Below are positions 59,861-64,000 of a stretch of 64,000 nucleotides of DNA, piece by piece; position 1 is the first letter of the stretch; every line of letters starts with the position of its first letter. Location: assembly GCA_943357245.1 (NCBI GenBank), contig CALRGH010000001.1, positions 13,456 to 77,455 of the forward strand, written 5' to 3'. The notes beneath the pieces were generated by a model. The model made no database searches. It had not been told where the DNA came from and saw nothing but the letters and a program-made list of their open reading frames with translations. Source of the stretch: Candidatus Nomurabacteria bacterium (GTDB lineage: Bacteria; Patescibacteriota; Minisyncoccia; Phycocordibacterales; UBA9973). The position numbers were made by a program, and so were the translations under genes.

Positions 59861-60491
59861 AAAATCGGTGATACTTATTCATCGGTGGTTGAAATTCTTT
59901 AAGAACAGTAAAATGTCGCTCAAATACCGTGCGTACTTTTTTACGGGAGGTTGTCCAAAAATCGATTTCCCAATAATGCTGACCCGACTCTTCGAATCCG
60001 ACAAATTTCACCGGAAATTGAATACTCCAATCGAAAAAATTTCTCTTAAACAGCGTATTAATAAACGGAATTCGTAAGACAAGCTCAAATGTCGTCGATC
60101 GATTTGGAAGTGAAATAATGACATATTTTTTGGTAATCTTCGCAAAATCATCCATTATTTTTTCAAAATCTGCAAATGGAATATGCTCCAATACTTGGCA
60201 CGCCATCACACAATCAAATTCACCTTCTTTAAATGGTAGCGTGCGCACATCAGCAACAACATCTGGAGTAACAGATGCATCAAAATCACAGGTCGTTACG
60301 CTATACCCCATCTTTTTTAATTCATCAGCGACTAATTTACTTCCCGGCCCAATTTCTAAAATAGAATGCACCCCCTCCAATTTCGCAATCGAATCTATTT
60401 GATAGAAAAATGAAATGAATCGCGAAAACGTCGTGTATTTCCACTTTTTATAATGCCCTTCTTTTACTTGGAGTTTATTTTCGTGCGACAT
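59841..60491 (-). CDS. Class I SAM-dependent methyltransferase
   Basis: ILEIGPG, LPFKEGEFD, QVLEHIP, HYWEI. Confidence 0.88.
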   Translation of the reverse strand: MSHENKLQVKEGHYKKWKYTTFSRFISFFYQIDSIAKLEGVHSILEIGPGSKLVADELKKMGYSVTTCDFDASVTPDVVADVRTLPFKEGEFDCVMACQVLEHIPFADFEKIMDDFAKITKKYVIISLPNRSTTFELVLRIPFINTLFKRNFFDWSIQFPVKFVGFEESGQHYWEIDFWTTSRKKVRTVFERHFTVLKEFQPPMNKYHRFYVLERK

Positions 60492-61110
60492 AAAAGTATC
60501 CTAATGGAAATGGGTGATTTTTTTTCATTCCTCGCGGGATTAGTGTATCACAAAGCAGTGCAATGGCATTACAGATCAACCGAATCGGCCAAACAAGGAA
60601 AAAGGCGTGGAGTGCATAGCTGATGACTGAAAATCTATCGCCAATTTGTCGCATGTGCACAATGTCAAAATGTGCTTCATGTACTATTTTCTCCAATCCT
60701 TCTTTGGTAAATCTGCCATAATCATGAGGCTCTGCCATTACATTTACCCCAAAAGGATTTGAAATAAGCAGATGCCCACCTTTTTTTAATACGCGATGCA
60801 CTTGTGCAAGCACATGCGCAGGATTTTCTGCAATGTATACATTGTGAAATAAAAATACCGTATCTATACTCGCATCAGCAAAGGGGAATGATTGATTAAA
60901 ATCTAATACCTGATCGACACCATTTTTCTGCACATAATCTGTTTTAATATACTCGATATTTTTTGGTAGATATTTTTCATAACTTGGTTTTCCTCCTGCA
61001 CCAATATCAAGCACTCGGCCGACAACGTATGGTTGCGCTCGAAACACTTCCTGCTGAAACAGGATTCTATAGAGCGTGCGTCCTCTTATTGTTTCCCAGA
61101 TGAAATCCAT
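60475..61110 (-). CDS. Class I SAM-dependent methyltransferase
   Basis: VLDIGAG, FPFADASID, RVLKKGG, PHDYGRFT. Confidence 0.85.
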   Translation of the reverse strand: MDFIWETIRGRTLYRILFQQEVFRAQPYVVGRVLDIGAGGKPSYEKYLPKNIEYIKTDYVQKNGVDQVLDFNQSFPFADASIDTVFLFHNVYIAENPAHVLAQVHRVLKKGGHLLISNPFGVNVMAEPHDYGRFTKEGLEKIVHEAHFDIVHMRQIGDRFSVISYALHAFFLVWPIRLICNAIALLCDTLIPRGMKKNHPFPLGYFYVARK

Positions 61111-61850
61111 ACTCGTACACTAGCATAAAACCCAAACATCGTAGAGAGCTTTGCCCGAAAAGCGAGATGATTCGTCTCTCTGTCAATACTGATGCGCGGA
61201 AGGATAAAAGGGTCGTTCTTATGTCCTACAAAGCCTGATATAGTCGTCACAGCGCTCGTATACCCTGCTTTTTGGGCCTCACATATCTCACGGGAACCGA
61301 ATTTACCCCGCGGATAGGCAATGGAATATTCCCCATCACGTGCAAGTTCTACCGCCAACATTTCATCTGACACTGTTGGAAATTCTGCATGGGACACGCC
61401 ATGTGAACCAATTTCAATAAGTGGATTCTTTTTCAAATGCTCAATTTCTTCACGACTAATGAGTGGGCACGAAATCCCCGTTGATGTTACAAGAGTGTCC
61501 CTCGTCATACCTTTTGGGAAGTACAGCGTGACAGGAATATATCTTTTTATAAATTCCGGCAAGGCTGTTGTCAAAAAATCTCTATGTCCATCATCATACG
61601 TAATTGCAATAACGTTGCGCAACGATTCTTTATTATTCATTTTCTCAACCAATCGACTTACTGTCGCAAATCGATAGTCGTGACTCTGTAAATAGTCCAA
61701 CTGCCAGATTAATTGTTCTTTTGAAACATTAAAAAATACATTCGGAAGTTCGTGGGAGTGATACATCAAAATCCTTGCCTTACTGTCGTGCAATAAAAAA
61801 TCCCAAAAGGCGCATTTGAAATAAAAAATATTTTTCAAAAATTGCTTCAT
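61086..61850 (-). CDS. Polysaccharide deacetylase (IcaB/PgaB-like)
   Basis: ILMYH, ITYDDG, EIGSHG..H, AYPRG, LPRI. Confidence 0.85.
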   Translation of the reverse strand: MKQFLKNIFYFKCAFWDFLLHDSKARILMYHSHELPNVFFNVSKEQLIWQLDYLQSHDYRFATVSRLVEKMNNKESLRNVIAITYDDGHRDFLTTALPEFIKRYIPVTLYFPKGMTRDTLVTSTGISCPLISREEIEHLKKNPLIEIGSHGVSHAEFPTVSDEMLAVELARDGEYSIAYPRGKFGSREICEAQKAGYTSAVTTISGFVGHKNDPFILPRISIDRETNHLAFRAKLSTMFGFYASVRVWISSGKQ

Positions 61851-62872
61851 AGGATTTTAGTGAGTTCATTCATTAGATTTTGCAAACCGTGTTTCTTCCC
61901 GATTTCTGTCAGATCTATCGTGGTATCTACTTGTTTTAATACTCGCGCAACTTCTTGTGCATCAAGCGATTCTACAGCAATTTTATTTCTCGCATCTGTC
62001 GGAATTTCATCCAAAAAACTCGTATTATGCACAATTGGCACACAGCCACAAAATACCGATTCCCAGATTGTTTTATCAAAACTACCTGATTCTGTAAGAT
62101 TGATGCAAAACTGATGCGAAGAATATAACTCCGGAAGCTGTGCCTGCGGCACAGCATTTTGAAATGTTATTCGAGAAGATAGATCTGCTTGTTCGATTTT
62201 CTGCAGTAATTCCCTCTTGTAATTTTTGTCGAGCTCAATGTCTGCAGGTCCGACTATATCAAAAGTAAAATTCGAAGCGCTATCTTCTTTTTTCCATGCA
62301 ATAAATCCATCAATCATTTTGTCGATATTTTTTATCGGCGAAATTCTACCAACATATACATACGAATTCGGTTTTCGTTCTATTCCCTGCACTGGATGAA
62401 AAAGAGTTTCGTCGATTCCCACTGGCATAACTACTGCATTTTTAAATGTCGCCGTATATGAACCGGTCGACGTATAACAAACGGTGTCTGCCAGCATGCC
62501 TGCAATACTTGTTTTCCATGAACCACTCTTGTGATTACGCCACATTACCGTTTTCTTTCCTAATAGTTTCCACAGCAGTCCGCCCAAGAGCATGTATTCA
62601 CCATTCATATGTACAAAGACACTGTCATATTGCTTGCGGAATTTCCATACATACTTGAAAAAGTTTTTTACATATTTCCATCGCGATATGCCAGTTTCCT
62701 TCCCGAGCGAATACACTTCTACATTTGCAGGAAGCTCATATTTCCCTTTTTCTAAACACACAACAATAACATTTGTATATTTTTTCGAAAATGCTTGTAT
62801 CCAACTGACAAAAAATCCGAGTATCGGATCGTTGCTATCCACTTTTTGGGTCAGGATGAGAAGATTTTTCAT
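61847..62872 (-). CDS. GT4 glycosyltransferase
   Basis: LTQKVD..DPILGFF, VGRISPIKN, GSFDKTIWES; start at MKNLL. Confidence 0.85.
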   Translation of the reverse strand: MKNLLILTQKVDSNDPILGFFVSWIQAFSKKYTNVIVVCLEKGKYELPANVEVYSLGKETGISRWKYVKNFFKYVWKFRKQYDSVFVHMNGEYMLLGGLLWKLLGKKTVMWRNHKSGSWKTSIAGMLADTVCYTSTGSYTATFKNAVVMPVGIDETLFHPVQGIERKPNSYVYVGRISPIKNIDKMIDGFIAWKKEDSASNFTFDIVGPADIELDKNYKRELLQKIEQADLSSRITFQNAVPQAQLPELYSSHQFCINLTESGSFDKTIWESVFCGCVPIVHNTSFLDEIPTDARNKIAVESLDAQEVARVLKQVDTTIDLTEIGKKHGLQNLMNELTKIL

Positions 62873-62873
62873 A

Positions 62874-64000
62874 TTAGTACCAACGCGTTGTTTCTGTGTG
62901 CACACGAGACAGTCCCGCATCGCCAGCATACGTTTCAATTGCTTTCAACTCAATGAGTGGATCTCCTGCGCCGGGTTTGATATCTACCACAAGTAGTTTT
63001 GCTTGTTCATTCCCCTTCAACGCATGTGTAGTGTTTGGTTTGATAAACAATGAATCGTCTGTTTGTATTTCTGAACTTTTTCCATTCCCCCATTCTATTG
63101 TTATCGATTCAGATCCGACATTGTAAATCCATCTGTCAGATGAAACAGATTCTGAAATTGCTCCTTGTATAAAAGTAATCTCTCGCGTGCGTGTATCGGG
63201 CTGATAATCACACTGCACCAAATTGCCGTTTTGTGCATTCTCATGTTTTAGAATTGCAACACCTGCAACTACTTTTTCATCGATGGCAAACGGTAACTGC
63301 GCCAATTTTTCTTTCGTATGCTTCAAAAAATCTTCAACTGGCATTACGCCGATCTCTGCTTTGAATGTGGGATTTGCAATCGCGCCGCCATACGTCACTG
63401 CTAAGATAAGTCCTTTGTCTTCTTCTCGTGTCGTAAATGTGTGTGGCACAAATGGCGAAATATAATTGGTATCGCCGGTGTTCATCTGCGTCACATGGCG
63501 CACACCACTCTTATCAATCCAATAAAAATTTACCGGCCCGATAAAATACGTCATCTGGTGCTCAAAATGTCCTTTGTTAAATGCCCATTCTGGCAAATCT
63601 GCAGTCTCCCCATTATGCACAAATAATTCTTTGATCCATTCAGGGCGAAAGGTGGAAGTGTTCGACATCGCAGTATCGGCATAAATATAGTACGGAATAT
63701 TCGCAGGCCCGCGCGAAAGGATGCGCTCGCTCGCTTTCGTTTCTGCCGCGCGCACAATTCGCACCCCAAGATCAGTGTCATCAACAATAGGAAATTCGCC
63801 TGCAAATTCTGCGGGATACAAATCTTGCTGATTGAGACCTGCCACCGAAATTAATTTTTGTTCGATATCTGCCGTCAATTCCTGTTTGCCACCAATAATC
63901 TCCTCAATCACCTTTTGCTCCACACCAATAATCGGCGCGATTGTCTCCGGTGTATGTTTAAGTCCATTCAATAATCCTCGTATAACCGCGCCTATGTTGT
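62874..64000 (-). CDS. mpnS: Methylphosphonate synthase-like Fe(II) oxygenase (MPnS / class II HEPD family), 5' end beyond window
   Basis: LNGLKH, PYY.Y.DTAMS, FRPEWI.EL, NKGHFEHQMTYFIGPVNFYW, MNTGD..YISPFVPHTFTTR, ILAVTYG, ETTRW; frame open to 64000 (NIGAVIRGLLNGLK). Confidence 0.82.
   Translation of the reverse strand, partial: NIGAVIRGLLNGLKHTPETIAPIIGVEQKVIEEIIGGKQELTADIEQKLISVAGLNQQDLYPAEFAGEFPIVDDTDLGVRIVRAAETKASERILSRGPANIPYYIYADTAMSNTSTFRPEWIKELFVHNGETADLPEWAFNKGHFEHQMTYFIGPVNFYWIDKSGVRHVTQMNTGDTNYISPFVPHTFTTREEDKGLILAVTYGGAIANPTFKAEIGVMPVEDFLKHTKEKLAQLPFAIDEKVVAGVAILKHENAQNGNLVQCDYQPDTRTREITFIQGAISESVSSDRWIYNVGSESITIEWGNGKSSEIQTDDSLFIKPNTTHALKGNEQAKLLVVDIKPGAGDPLIELKAIETYAGDAGLSRVHTETTRWY

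Noticed and set aside
1-64000. Alternative genetic code 25 (TGA = Gly)
   Set aside because: Core genes translate full length under the standard code and TGA ends ORFs at 470 and 40430
62874-64000. XRE-cupin transcription regulator or fosfomycin epoxidase HppE
   Set aside because: Two-cupin length, the H-x3-Q ligand and extended MPnS-type motifs fit the MPnS / class II HEPD family better

Overview
Chromosomal segment of a Patescibacteria/CPR bacterium, Parcubacteria-like by protein style, using the standard genetic code (TGA is a stop). About 1-49 kb is housekeeping genes (proS 5' part, rpsB, tsf, tRNA-Thr, rpoD, dnaG, rpoC, rpoB, trmD, khpA, rpsP, rnr, a short smc, rnc, a nusB-NUDIX fusion, rpmF, rnhB, dnaE, thrS, gyrB, a one-chain mitochondrial-type PheRS) interleaved with AT-rich orphan genes and two very large proteins. 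About 49-64 kb is a surface-glycan locus. Main observations: (1) The glycan locus ends in a protein matching methylphosphonate synthase (2-His-1-Gln triad plus the Phe/Ile pair that, as I recall, separates MPnS from class II HEPD). It is clustered with a LicC/PntC-type cytidylyltransferase and a TagF-type transferase, suggesting a methylphosphonate-decorated surface polymer. (2) Intergenic DNA carries a dense repeat system: long perfect palindromes, several with GNA mini-hairpin loops, 7-9-mer arrays, two small genes (four-helix bundle, GIY-YIG) each enclosed by inverted repeats, gene-less relatives elsewhere, and a 16-bp palindrome inside rpoD and dnaE in two reading frames. (3) Many genes look leaderless. 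All family calls come from motif recognition by eye; no searches were run.
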